Below the pieces are notes generated by a model, which made no database searches, had not been told where the DNA came from, and worked only from the letters and a program-made list of their open reading frames with translations. A DNA stretch of 64,000 nt from NCBI RefSeq assembly GCF_009914755.1, contig NC_060946.1; one strand, written 5' to 3'. The position numbers were made by a program, and so were the translations under genes. This DNA is from the human T2T-CHM13v2.0 reference genome, Homo sapiens. Shown here in pieces: positions 37,801 through 52,100 of this stretch. The first letter of the stretch is position 1. Each line of letters opens with the position of its first letter.

Positions 37801-40800
37801 TCTTGTCTACCCTGTGTCCAACGGGGCATTGTGAAATATCTCTGCACTGATCACCCAGGTGATTCAACTCTTGACTAGGAACTGCCTAAAGAGATTATTG
37901 TGAAATATCTCTGCACTGATAAACTAGGTGGTGTAAACCTTGTCCAAGCTCTACCTACAGGGGCGTTTCCACATATCCCTGAACGGATGACAGAGGTGAT
38001 GTAACTCTTGCCTAGGCTTTGCCTACAGGGAACATTGGACATATATCTGCACTGATCACCCAGGTGATGCAACTCTTGCCTAGGCTTTGCCTATAGGGGA
38101 CATTGTGACATATCTCTTCAATGATCACTCATGTGATGCATCACTTGCCAAGGCTTTGCCTACAGGGGACATTGTGACATATCTCTGCACCGATCTCCCA
38201 GGTGCTGTAACTTTAGTCTAGGCTCTGGCTACACGGCATTGTGACATATCACTGCACTGATCAACCAGGTGATATAACTCTTGTATAGGCTCTGCCTACA
38301 GGGGGATTGTGACCTACCTCTGAACTGATCACCCAGGTGATATAACTCTTCTCTAGGATCTTCCTACAGGGTACATTGTGACATATCCCTGCACTGATCA
38401 CCCAGGTGATCTATCTCTGGTCTAAGCTCTGCCTAAAGGGGCATTGTGACAGATCTCTGCACTGATCACTCAGGTGATGTAAGTATTGTCTAGGCTCTGC
38501 TTCAAGGGGCCTTGTCACATATCTCTGCACTGATCACCCAGGTGATGTAACTCTTGTCTAGGCTCTGCTTCCAGGGCATATTGTGACATATCTATGCACT
38601 GATCACCTTAGTGATGTAACACTTTGGTAGGCTCGGCCTACAGGGGAATCTTGACATATCTCTGCACTGTTAACCGAGGTGATTTAACACTTGTCGAGGC
38701 TGTGCCCACAGGGGGATTGAGACATATCTCTGCACTGATCCCGAGGTGATACAACTCTTCCCTGGTCTCTGCCTACTGTGGACATTGTGACATATCTCTG
38801 CACTGATCTCCCAGGTGCTGTAACTTTAGTCTAGGCTCTGGCTACACGGCATTGTGACATATCACTGCACTGATCACCCAGGCGATATAACTCTTCTCTA
38901 GGATCTGACCACAGGGTGCTTTGTGACATATCCCTGCAATGATCACCCAGGTGATATACCACTTGCCAAGGCTCTGCCTACAGGGGCATTGCAATGTATC
39001 TCTGCACTGATCACCTAGGTCTTGTAGCTCTTTTCTAGGATCTGCCTACAGGGAGCTTTGTGACGTGTCCCAGCAAGGATTACCCAGGTGATGTACCTCT
39101 CATCAAGGCTCTGCCTACAGGCACATTGTGATGTATCCCTGCACTGATCACCTCGGTCATGTAACTTTTTTCTGGGCTCTACCTACGATGGCATTGTGAC
39201 ATATCTCTGCACTAATCATCCAAGTGATGTAACTCTTGTCTAGGATGTGCCTAAATTAACTTTTTGACATAACCCTGCACTGATCATCCAGGTGATGGAG
39301 CTTTTGTCTAGGCTCTGCCTAAGGGGGCATTGTGACATATTTATGCATTGATCACCCAGGTGGCGAACTCTTCTCTCGGATCTGCCTATGGGGGCATTGT
39401 GAGAAATCTCTGCACTGATCACCCAGGTGATGTAACTGTTGTGTAACCTCTGCCTACAGGGGAATTGTGAGAGATCTCGCTACTGATTACCCAAGTGATG
39501 TAACCGTTGTCTAGGCTTTGCGTACAGGGGGCTTTGTGACATACCTTTGCACTGATCACCCAGGTGATGTAACACATCTAAGTTCGGCCTAAAGGAGCTT
39601 TGTGACATATCTCTGCACTGATCGCTTAGGTGATGTAACACTTTTATAATCACTGCCTACAGGGAATTTTGACAAATCTCTGCACTGATCACCTAGGTGA
39701 TGTCACTCTTGTCTACCCTCTGTCCAACGGGGCATTGTGAAATATCTCTGCACTGATCACCCAGGTGATTCAACTCTTGACTAGGAACTGCCTAGAGAGG
39801 TTATTGTGAAATATCTCTGCACTGATAAACTAGGTGGTGTAACTCTTGTCCAAGCTCTGCCTACAGGGGCGTTTCCACATATCCCTGAACTGATGACAGA
39901 GGTGATGTAACTCTTGCCTAGGCTTTGCCTACAGGGAACATTGGACATATATCTGCACTGATCACCCAGGTGATGCAACTCTTGCCTAGGCTTTGCCTAC
40001 AGGGGACATTGTGACATATCTCTTCAATGATCACTCATGTGATGCTTCTCTTGCCTAGGCTTTGCCTACAGGGGACATTGTGAAATATCTCCGCACTGAT
40101 CTCCCAGGTGCTGTAACTTTAGTCTAGGCTCTGGCTACACGGCATTGTGACATATCACTGCGCTGATCAACCAGGTGATATAACTCTTGTATAGGCTCTG
40201 CCTACAGGGGGATTGTGACCTACCTCTGCACTGATCACCCAGGTGATATAACTCTTCTCTAGGATCTTCCTACAGGGTACTTTGTGACATGTCCCTGCAC
40301 TGATCACCCAGGTGATCTATCTCTGGTCTAAGCTCTGCCTAAAGGGGCATTGTGACAGATCTCTGCACTGATCACTCAGGTGATGTAAGTATTGTCTAGG
40401 CTCTGCTTCAAGGGGCCTTGTCACATATCTCTGCACTGATCACCCAGGTGATGTAACTCTTGTCTAGGCTCTGCTTCCAGGGCATATTGTGACATATGTA
40501 TGCACTGATCACCTTAGTGATGTAACACTTTGGTAGGCTCGGCCTACAGGGGAATCTTGACATATCTCTGCACTGTTAACCGATGTGATTTAACTCTTGT
40601 CTAGGCTGTGCCCACAGGGGGATTGAGACATCTCTCTGCACTGATCCCGAGGTGATACAACTCTTGCCTGGTCTCTGCCTACTGTGGACATTGTGACATA
40701 TCTCTGCACTGATCTCCCAGGTGCTGTAACTTTAGTCTAGGTTCTGGCTACACGGCATTGTGACATATCACTGCACTGAACACCCAGGCGATATAACTCT

Positions 40801-41862
40801 TCTCTAGGATCTGACCACAGGGTGCTTTGTGACATATCCCTGCAATGATCACCCAGGTGATATACCACTTGCCAAGGCTCTGCCTACAGGGGCATTGCAA
40901 TGTATCTCTGCACTGATCACCTCGGTCTTGTAGCTATATTCTAGGATCTGCCTACAGGGTGCTTTGTGACGTGTCCCAGCAAGGATTACCCAGGTGATGT
41001 ACCTCTCATCAAGGCTCTGCCTACAGGCACATTGTGATGTATCTCTGCACTGATCACCTAGGTCATGTAACTTTTTTCTAGGCTCTACCTACGATGGCAT
41101 TGTGACATATCTCTGCACTAATCATCCAAGTGATGTAACTCTTGTCTAGCATGTACCTAAATTAACTTTTTGACATAACCCTGTACTGATCATCCAGGTG
41201 ATGGAGCATTTGTCTAGTCTCTGCCTAAGGGGGCATTGTGACATATTTCTGCATTGATCCCCCAGGTGGTGCACTCTTCTCTCAGATCTGCCTATGGGGG
41301 CATTGTGAGAAATCTCTGCACTGATCACCCAGGTGATGTAACTGTTGTGTAACCTCTCCCTTCAGGGGAATTGTGAGAGATCTCGTCACAGATTACCCAA
41401 GTGATGTAACCGTTGTCTAGGCTTTGCGTACAACGGGCTTTGTGACATACCTTTGCACTGATCACCCAGGTGATGTAACACATCTAAGTTCGGCCTAAAG
41501 GAGCTTTGTGACATATCTCAGCACTGATCACTTAGGTGATGTGACACTTTTATAATCACTGCCTACAGGGAATTTTGACAAATCTCTGCACTGATCACCT
41601 AGGTGATGTAACTCTTGTCTACCCTCTGTCCAACGGGGCATTGTGAAATATCTCTGCACTGATCACCCAGGTGATTCAACTCTTGACTAGGAACTGCCTA
41701 CAGAGGTTATTGTGAAATATCTCTGCACTGATAAACTAGGTGGTGTAAACCTTGTCCAAGCTCAGCCTACAGGGGCATTTCCACATATCCCTGAACTGAT
41801 GACAAAGGTGATGTAACTCTTGCCTAGGCTTTGCCTACAGGGAACATCGGACATATATCTGC

Positions 41863-43155
41863 ACTGATCACCCAGGTGATGCAACTCTTGCCTAGGATTT
41901 GCCTACAGGGGACATCGTGACATATCTCTTCAATGATCACTCATGTGATGCATCACTTGCCTAGGCTTTGCCTCCAGGGGACATTGTGACATATCTCTGC
42001 ACTGATCTCCTAGGTGCTGTAACTTTAGTCTAGGCTCTGGCTACACGGCATTGTGACATATCACTGCACTGATCACCCAGGCGATATAACTCTTCTCTAG
42101 GATCTGACCACAGGGTGCTTTGTGACATATCCCTGCAATGATCACCCAGGTGATATACCACTTGCCAAGGCTCTGCCTACAGGGGCATTGCAATGTATCT
42201 CTGCACTGATCACCTAGGTCTTGTAGCTATTTTCTAGGATCTGCCTACAGGGTGCTTTGTGACGTGTCCCAGCAAGGATTACCCAGGTGATGTACCTCTC
42301 ATCAAGGCTCTGCCTACAGGCACATTGTGATGTATCTCTGCACTGATCACCTAGGTCATGTAAATTTTGTCTAGGCTCTACCTACGATGGCATTGTGACA
42401 TATCTCTGCACTAATCATCCAAGTGATGTAACTCTTGTCTAGGATGTGCCTAAATTAACTTTTTGACATAACCCTGTACTGATCATCCAGGTGATGGAGC
42501 TTTTGTCTAGGCTCTGCCTTAGGGGGCATTGTGACATATTTCTGCATTGATCACCCAGGTGGCGAACTCTTCTCTCGGATCTGCCTATGGGGGCATTGTG
42601 AGAAATGTCTGCACTGATCACCCAGGTGATGTAACTGTTGTGTAACCTCTGCCTACAGGGGAATTGTGAGAGATCTCGCCACTGATTACCCAAGTGATGT
42701 AACCATTGTCTAGGCTTTGCGTACAGGGGGCTTTGTGACATACCTTTGCACTGATCACCCAGGTGATGTAACACATCTAAGTTCGGCCTAAAGGAGCTTT
42801 GTGACATATCTCTGCACTGATCGCTTAGGTGATGTAACACTTTTATAATCACTGCCTACCGGGAATTTTGACAAATCTCTGCACTGATCACCTAGGTGAT
42901 GTAACTCTTGTCTACCCTGTGTCCAACGGGGCATTGTGAAATATCTCTGCACTGATCACCCAGGTGATTCAACTCTTGACTAGGAACTGCCTAAAGAGAT
43001 TATTGTGAAATATCTCTGCACTGATAAACTAGGTGGTGTAAACCTTGTCCAAGCTCTACCTACAGGGGCGTTTCCACATATCCCTGAACGGATGACAGAG
43101 GTGATGTAACTCTTGCCTAGGCTTTGCCTACAGGGAACATTGGACATATATCTGC
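41863..43155 (+). repeat. 19-monomer HOR deletion variant (1293 bp), copy 2
   Basis: Anchors 41146 and 42439 are 1293 apart. The same junction lies at 42001-42067, exactly 16,541 bp after copy 1. Confidence 0.93.
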
Positions 43156-46100
43156 ACTGATCACCCAGGTGATGCAACTCTTGCCTAGGCTTTGCCTATA
43201 GGGGACATTGTGACATATCTCTTCAATGATCACTCATGTGATGCATCACTTGCCAAGGCTTTGCCTACAGGGGACATTGTGACATATCTCTGCACCGATC
43301 TCCCAGGTGCTGTAACTTTAGTCTAGGCTCTGGCTACACGGCATTGTGACATATCACTGCACTGATCAACCAGGTGATATAACTCTTGTATAGGCTCTGC
43401 CTACAGGGGGATTGTGACCTACCTCTGAACTGATCACCCAGGTGATGTAACTCTTCTCTAGGATCTTCCTACAGGGTACATTGTGACATATCCCTGCACT
43501 GATCACCCAGGTGATCTATCTCTGGTCTAAGCTCTGCCTAAAGGGGCATTGTGACAGATCTCTGCACTGATCACTCAGGTGATGTAAGTATTGTCTAGGC
43601 TCTGCTTCAAGGGGCCTTGTCACATATCTCTGCACTGATCACCCAGGTGATGTAACTCTTGTCTAGGCTCTGCTTCCAGGGCATATTGTGACATATCTAT
43701 GCACTGATCACCTTAGTGATGTAACACTTTGGTAGGCTCGGCCTACAGGGGAATCTTGACATATCTCTGCACTGTTAACCGAGGTGATTTAACACTTGTC
43801 GAGGCTGTGCCCACAGGGGGATTGAGACATATCTCTGCACTGATCCCGAGGTGATACAACTCTTCCCTGGTCTCTGCCTACTGTGGACATTGTGACATAT
43901 CTCTGCACTGATCTCCCAGGTGCTGTAACTTTAGTCTAGGCTCTGGCTACACGGCATTGTGACATATCACTGCACTGATCACCCAGGCGATATAACTCTT
44001 CTCTAGGATCTGACCACAGGGTGCTTTGTGACATATCCCTGCAATGATCACCCAGGTGATATACCACTTGCCAAGGCTCTGCCTACAGGGGCATTGCAAT
44101 GTATCTCTGCACTGATCACCTAGGTCTTGTAGCTATTTTCTAGGATCTGCCTACAGGGTGCTTTGTGACGTGTCCCAGCAAGGATTACCCAGGTGATGTA
44201 CCTCTCATCAAGGCTCTGCCTACAGGCACATTGTGATGTATCTCTGCACTGATCACCTAGGTCATGTAAATTTTGTCTAGGCTCTACCTACGATGGCATT
44301 GTGACATATCTCTGCACTAATCATCCAAGTGATGTAACTCTTGTCTAGGATGTGCCTAAATTAACTTTTTGACATAACCCTGTACTGATCATCCAGGTGA
44401 TGGAGCTTTTGTCTAGGCTCTGCCTTAGGGGGCATTGTGACATATTTCTGCATTGATCACCCAGGTGGCGAACTCTTCTCTCGGATCTGCCTATTGGGGC
44501 ATTGTGAGAAATCTCTGCACCGATCACCCAGGTGATGTAACTGTTGTGTAACCTCTGCCTACAGGGGAATTGTGAGAGATCTCGCCACTGATTACCCAGG
44601 TGATGTAACCGTTGTCTTGGCTTTGCGTACAGGGGGCTTTCTGACATACCTTTGCACTGATCACCCAGGTGATGTAACACATCTAAGTTCGGCCTAAAGG
44701 AGCTTTGTGATATATCTCTGCACTGATCGCTTAGGTGATGTAACACTTTTATAATCACTGCCTACAGGGAATTTTGACAAATCTCTGCACTGATCACCTA
44801 GGTGATGTAACTCTTGTCTACCCTCTGTCCAACGGGGCATTGTGAAATATCTCTGCACTGATCACCCAGTTGATTCAACTCTTGACTAGGAACTGCCTAC
44901 AGAGATTATTGTGAAATATCTCTGCACTGATAAACTAGGTGGTGTAACCCTTGTCCAAGCTCTACCTACAGGGGCGTATCCACATATCCCTGAACGGATG
45001 ACAGAGGTGATGTAACTCTTGCCTAGGCTTTGCCTACAGGGAACATTGGACATATATCTGCACTGATCACCCAGGTGATGCAACTCTTGCCTAGGCTTTG
45101 CCTACAGGGGACATTGTGACATATCTCTTCAATGATCACTCATGTGATGCATCACTTGCCTAGGCTTTGCCTACAGGGGACATTGTGACATATCTCTGCA
45201 CCGATCTCCCAGGTGCTGTAACTTTAGTCTAGGCTCTGGCTACACGGCATTGTGACATATCACTGCACTGATCAACCAGGTGATATAACTCTTGTATAGG
45301 CTCTGCCTACAGGGGGATTGTGACCTACTTCTGAACTGATCACCCAGGTGATATAACTCTTCTCTAGGATCTTCCTACAGGGTACATTGTGACATATCCC
45401 TGCACTGATCACCCAGGTGATCTATCTCTGGTCTAAGCTCTGCCTAAAGGGGCATTGTGACAGATCTCTGCACTGATCACTCAGGTGATGTAAGTATTGT
45501 CTAGGCTCTGCTTCAAGGGGCCTTGTCACATATCTCTGCACTGATCACCCAGGTGATGTAACTATTGTCTAGGCTCTGCTTCCAGGGCATATTGTGACAT
45601 ATCTATGCACTGATCACCTTAGTGATGTAACACTTTGGTAGGCTCGGCCTACAGGGGAATCTTGACATATCTCTGCACTGTTAACCGAGGTGATTTAACA
45701 CTTGTCTAGGCTGTGCCCACAGGGGGATTGAGACATATCTCTGCACTGATCCCGAGGTGATACAACTCTTGCCTGGTCTCTGCCTACTGTGGACATTGTG
45801 ACATATCTCTGCACTGATCTCCCAGGTGCTGTAACTTTAGTCTAGGCTCTGGCTACACGGCATTTTGACATATCACTGCACTGATCACCCAGGCGATATA
45901 ACTCTTCTCTAGGATCTGACCACAGGGTGCTTTGTGACATAACCCTGCCATGATCACCCAGGTGATATACCACTTGCCAAGGCTCTGCCTACAGGGGCAT
46001 TGCAATGTATCTCTGCACTGATCACCTAGGTCTTGTAGATATTTTCTAGGATCTGCCTACAGGGTGCTTTGTGACGTGTCCCAGCAAGGATTACCCAGGT

Positions 46101-49100
46101 GATGTACCTCTCATCAAGGCTCTGCCTACAGGCACATTGTGATGTATCTCTGCACTGATCACCTAGGTCATGTAACTTTTTTCTGGGCTCTACCTACGAT
46201 GGCATTGTGACATATCTCTGCACTAATCATCCAAGTGATGTAACTCTTGTCTAGGATGTGCCTAAATTAACTTTTTGACATAACCCTGTACTGATCATCC
46301 AGGTGATGGAGCTTTTGTCTAGGCGCTGCCTAAGGGGGCATTGTGACATATTTCTGCATTGATCACCCAGGTGGCGAACTCTTCTCTCGGATCTCCCTAT
46401 GGGGGCATTGTGAGAAGTCCCTGCACTGATGACCCAGGTGATGTAACTGTTGTGTAACCTCTGCCTACAGGGGAATTGTGAGAGATCTCGCCACTGATTA
46501 CCCAAGTGATGTAACCGTTGTCTAGGATTTTGGTACAGGGGGCTTTGTGACATACCTTTGCACTGATCACCCAGGTGATGTAACACATCTAAGTTCGGCC
46601 TAAAGGAGCTTTGTGACATATCTCTGCACTGATCGCTTAGGTGATGTAACACTTTTATAATCACTGCCTACAGGGAATTTTGACAAATCTCTGCACTGAT
46701 CACCTAGGTGATGTACCTCTTGTCTACCCTCTGTCCAATGGGGCATTGTGAAATATCTCTGCACTGATCACCCAGGTGATTCAACTCTTGACTAGGAACT
46801 GCCTACAGAGGTTATTGTGAAATATCTCTGCACTGATAAACTAGGTGGTGTAACCGTTGTCCAAGCTCTGCCTACAGGGGCGTTTCCACATATCCCTGAA
46901 CTGATGACAGAGGTGATGTAACTCTTGCCTAGGCTTTGCCTACAGGGAACATTGGACATATATCTGCACTGATCACCCAGGTGATGCAACTCTTGCCTAG
47001 GCTTTGCCTACAAGGGACATTGTGACATATCTCTTCAATGATCACTCATGTGATGCATCTCTTGCCTAGGCTTTGCCTACAGGGGACATTGTGACTTATC
47101 TCTGCACCGATCTCCCATGTGCTGTAACTTTAGTATAGGCTCTGGCTACACGGCATTGTGACATATCACTGCACTGATCAACCAGGTGATATAACTCTTG
47201 TATAGGCTCTGCCTACAGGCGGATTGTGACCTACCTCTGCACTGATCACCCAGGTGATATAACTCTTCTCTAGGATCTTCCTACAGGGTACTTTGTGACA
47301 TATCCCTGCACTGATCACCCAGGTGATCTATCTCTGGTCTAAGCTCTGCCTAAAGGGGCATTGTGACAGATCTCTGCACTGATCACTCAGGTGATGGAAG
47401 TATTGTCCAGGCTCTGCTTCAAGGGGCCTTGTCACATATCTCTGCACTGATCACCCAGGTGATGTAACTCTTGTCTAGGCTCTGCTTCCAGGGCATATTG
47501 TGACATATCTATGCACTGATCACCTTAGTGATGTAACACTTTGGTAGGCTCGGCCTACAGGGGAATCTTCACATATCTCTGCACTGTTAACCGAGGTGAT
47601 TTAACTCTTGTCTAGGCTGTGCCCACAGTGGGATTGAGACATATCTCTGCACTGATCCCGAGGTGATACAACTCTTGCCTGGTCTCTGCCTACTGTGGAC
47701 ATTGTGACATATCTCTGCACTGATCTCCCAGGTGCTGTAACTTTAGTCTAGGCTCTGGCTACACGGCATTGTGACATATCACTGCACTGATCACCCAGGC
47801 GATATAACTCTTCTCTAGGATCTGACCACAGGGTGCTTTGTGACATATCCCTGCAATGATCACCCAGGTGATATACCACTTGCCAAGGCTCTGCCTACAG
47901 GGGCATTGCAATGTATCTCTGCACTGATCACCTAGGTCTTGTAGCTATTTTCTAGGATCTGCCTACAGGGTGCTTTGTGACGTGTCCCAGCAAAGATTAC
48001 CCAGGTGATGTACCTCTCATCAAGGCTCTGCCTACAGGCACATTGTGATGTATCTCTGCACTGATCACCTAGGTCATGTAAATTTTGTCTAGGCTCTACC
48101 TACGATGGCATTGTGACATATCTCTGCACTAATCATCCAAGTGATGTAACTCTTGTTTAGGATGTGCCTAAATTAACTTTTTGACATAACCCTGTACTGA
48201 TCATCCAGGTGATGGAGCTTTTGTCTAGGCTCTGCCTAAGGGGGCATTGTGACATATTTCTGCATTGATCCCCCAGGTGGCGAACCCTTCTCGCGGATCT
48301 CCCCATGGGGGCATTGTGAGAAATCTCTGCACTGATCACCCAGGTGATGTAACTGTTGTGTAACCTCTGCCTACAGGGGAATTGTGAGAGATCTCGCCAC
48401 TGATTACCCAAGTGATGTAACCGTTGTCTAGGATTTTCATACAGGGGGCTTTGTGACATACCTTTGCACTGATCACCCAGGTGATGTAACACATCTAAGT
48501 TCGGCCTAAAGGAGCTTTGTGACATATCTCTGCACTGATCGCTTAGGTGATGTACCACTTTTATAATCACTGCCTACAGGGAATTTTGACAAATCTCTGC
48601 ACTGATCACCTAGGTGATGTAACTCTTGTCTACCCTCTGTCCAATGGGGCATTGTGAAATATCTCTGCACTGATCACCCAGGTGATTCAACTCTTGACTA
48701 GGAACTGCCTACAGAGGTTATTGTGAAATATCTCTGCACTGATAAACTAGGTGGTGTAACCGTTGTCCAAGCTCTGCCTACAGGGGCGTTTCCACATATC
48801 CCTGAACTGATGACAGAGGTGATGTAACTCTTGCCTAGGCTTTGCCTACAGGGAACATTGGACATATATCTGCACTGATCACCCAGGTGATGCAACTCTT
48901 GCCTAGGCTTTGCCTACAGGGGACATTGTGACATATCTCTTCAATGATCACTCATGTGATGCATCTCTTGCCTAGGCTTTGCCTACAGGGGACATTGTGA
49001 CATATCTCTGCACCGATCTCCCAGGTGCTGTAACTTTAGTCTAGGCTCTGGCTACACGGCATTGTGACATATCACTGTACTGATCAACCAGGTGATATAA

Positions 49101-52100
49101 CTCTTGTATAGGCTCTGCCTATAGGGGGATTGTGACCTACCTCTGCACTGATCAACCAGGTGATATAACTCTTCTCTAGGATCTTCCTACAGGGTACTTT
49201 GTGACATATCCCTGCACTGATCACCCAGGTGATCTATCTCTGGTCTAAGCTCTGCCTAAAGGGGCATTGTGACAGATCTCTGCACTGATCACTCAGGTGA
49301 TGTAAGTATTGTCTAGGCTCTGCTTCAAGGGGCCTTGTCACATATCTCTGCACTGATCACCCAGGTGATGTAACTCTTGTCTAGGCTCTGCTTCCAGGGC
49401 ATATTGTGACATATCTATGCACTGATCACCTTAGTGATGTAACACTTTGGTAGGCTCGGCCTACAGGGGAATCTTCACATATCTCTGCACTGTTAACCGA
49501 GGTGATTTAACTCTTGTCTAGGCTGTGCCCACAGTGGGATTGAGACATATCTCTGCACTGATCCCGAGGTGATACAACTCTTGCCTGGTCTCTGCCTACT
49601 GTGGACATTGTGACATATCTCTGCACTGATCTCCCAGGTGCTGTAACTTTAGTCTAGGCTCTGGCTACACGGCATTGTGACATATCACTGCACTGATCAC
49701 CCAGGCGATATAACTCTTCTCTAGGATCTGACCACAGGGTGCTTTGTGACATATCCCTGCAATGATCACCCAGGTGATATACCACTTGCCAAGGCTCTGC
49801 CTACAGGGGCATTGCAATGTATCTCTGCACTGATCACCTAGGTCTTGTAGCTATTTTCTAGGATCTGCCTACAGGGTGCTTTGTGACGTGTCCCAGCAAA
49901 GATTACCCAGGTGATGTACCTCTCATCAAGGCTCTGCCTACAGGCACATTGTGATGTATCTCTGCACTGATCACCTAGGTCATGTAAATTTTGTCTAGGC
50001 TCTACCTACGATGGCATTGTGACATATCTCTGCACTAATCATCCAAGTGGTGTAACTCTTGTTTAGGATGTGCCTAAATTAACTTTTTGACATAACCCTG
50101 TACTGATCATCCAGGTGATGGAGCTTTTGTCTAGGCTCTGCCTAAGGGGGCATTGTGACATATTTCTGCATTGATCCCCCAGGTGGCGAACCCTTCTCGC
50201 GGATCTCCCCATGGGGGCATTGTGAGAAATCTCTGCACTGATCACCCAGGTGATGTAACTGTTGTGTAACCTCTGCCTACAGGGGAATTGTGAGAGATCT
50301 CGCCACTGATTACCCAAGTGATGTAACCGTTGTCTAGGATTTTCATACAGGGGGCTTTGTGACATACCTTTGCACTGATCACCCAGGTGATGTAACACAT
50401 CTAAGTTCGGCCTAAAGGAGCTTTGTGACATATCTCTGCACTGATCGCTTAGGTGATGTACCACTTTTATAATCACTGCCTACAGGGAATTTTGACAAAT
50501 CTCTGCACTGATCACCTAGGTGATGTAACTCTTGTCTACCCTCTGTCCAATGGGGCATTGTGAAATATCTCTGCACTGATCACCCAGGTGATTCTACTCT
50601 TGACTAGGAACTGCCTACAGAGGTTATTGTGAAATATCTCTGCACTGATAAACTAGGTGGTGTAACCGTTGTCCAAGCTCTGCCTACAGGGGCGTTTCCA
50701 CATATCCCTGAACTGATGACAGAGGTGATGTAACTCTTGCCTAGGCTTTGCCTACAGGGAACATTGGACATATATCTGCACTGATCACCCAGGTGATGCA
50801 ACTCTTGCCTAGGCTTTGCCTACAGGGGACATTGTGACATATCTCTTCAATGATCACTCATGTGATGCATCTCTTGCCTAGGCTTTGCCTACAGGGGACA
50901 TTGTGACATATCTCTGCACCGATCTCCCAGGTGCTGTAACTTTAGTCTAGGCTCTGGCTACACGGCATTGTGACATATCACTGTACTGATCAACCAGGTG
51001 ATATAACTCTTGTATAGGCTCTGCCTATAGGGGGATTGTGACCTACCTCTGCACTGATCAACCAGGTGATATAACTCTTCTCTAGGATCTTCCTACAGGG
51101 TACTTTGTGACATATCCCTGCACTGATCACCCAGGTGATCTATCTCTGGTCTAAGCTCTGCCTAAAGGGGCATTGTGACAGATCTCTGCACTGATCACTC
51201 AGGTGATGTAAGTATTGTCTAGGCTCTGCTTCAAGGGGCCTTGTCACATATCTCTGCACTGATCACCCAGGTGATGTAACTCTTGTCTAGGCTCTGCTTC
51301 CAGGGCATATTGTGACATATCTATGCACTGATCACCTTAGTGATGTAACACTTTGGTAGGCTCGGCCTACAGGGGAATCTTGACATATCTCTGCACTGTT
51401 AACCGAGGTGATTTAACTCTTGTCTAGGCTGTGCCCACAGGGGGATTTAGACATATCTCTGCACTGATCCCGAGGTGATACAACTCTTGCCTGGTCTCTG
51501 CCTACTGTGGACATTGTGACATATCTCTGCACTGATCTCCCAGGTGCTGTAACTTTAGTCTAGGCTCTGGCTACACGGCATTGTGACATATCACTGCACT
51601 GATCACCCAGGCGATATAACTGTTCTCTAGGATCTGACCACAGGGTGCTTTGTGACATATCCCTGCAATGATCACCCAGGTGATATACCACTTGCCAAGG
51701 CTCTGCCTACAGGGGCATTGCAATGTATCTCTGCACTGATCACCTAGGTCTTGTAGCTATTTTCTAGGATCTGCCTACAGGGTGCTTTGTGACGTGTCCC
51801 AGCAAGGATTAGCCAGGTGATGTACCTCTCATCAAGGCTCTGCCTACAGGCACATTGTGATGTATCTCTCCACTGATCACCTAGGTCATGTAACTTTTGT
51901 CTAGGCTCTACCTACGATGGCATTGTGACATATCTCTGCACTAATCATCCAAGTGATGTAACTCTTGTCTAGGACGTGCCTAAATTAACTTTTTGACATA
52001 ACCCTGTACTGATCATCCAGGTGATGGAGCTTTTGTCTAGGCTCTGCCTAAGGGGGCATTGTGACATATTTCTGCATTGATCCCCCAGGTGGCGAACTCT

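Larger units (their letters stand above)
18374..51602 (+). repeat. Tandem duplication of a 16,541-bp block (8 x 28-mer + 1 x 19-mer = 243 monomers)
   Basis: The ORF track repeats with identical translations at offset 16,541 (18887/35428, 20793/37334, 25898/42439, 29710/46251, 33522/50063), and 8x1906+1293=16541. Private SNPs I checked recur at the same offset. Confidence 0.93.
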
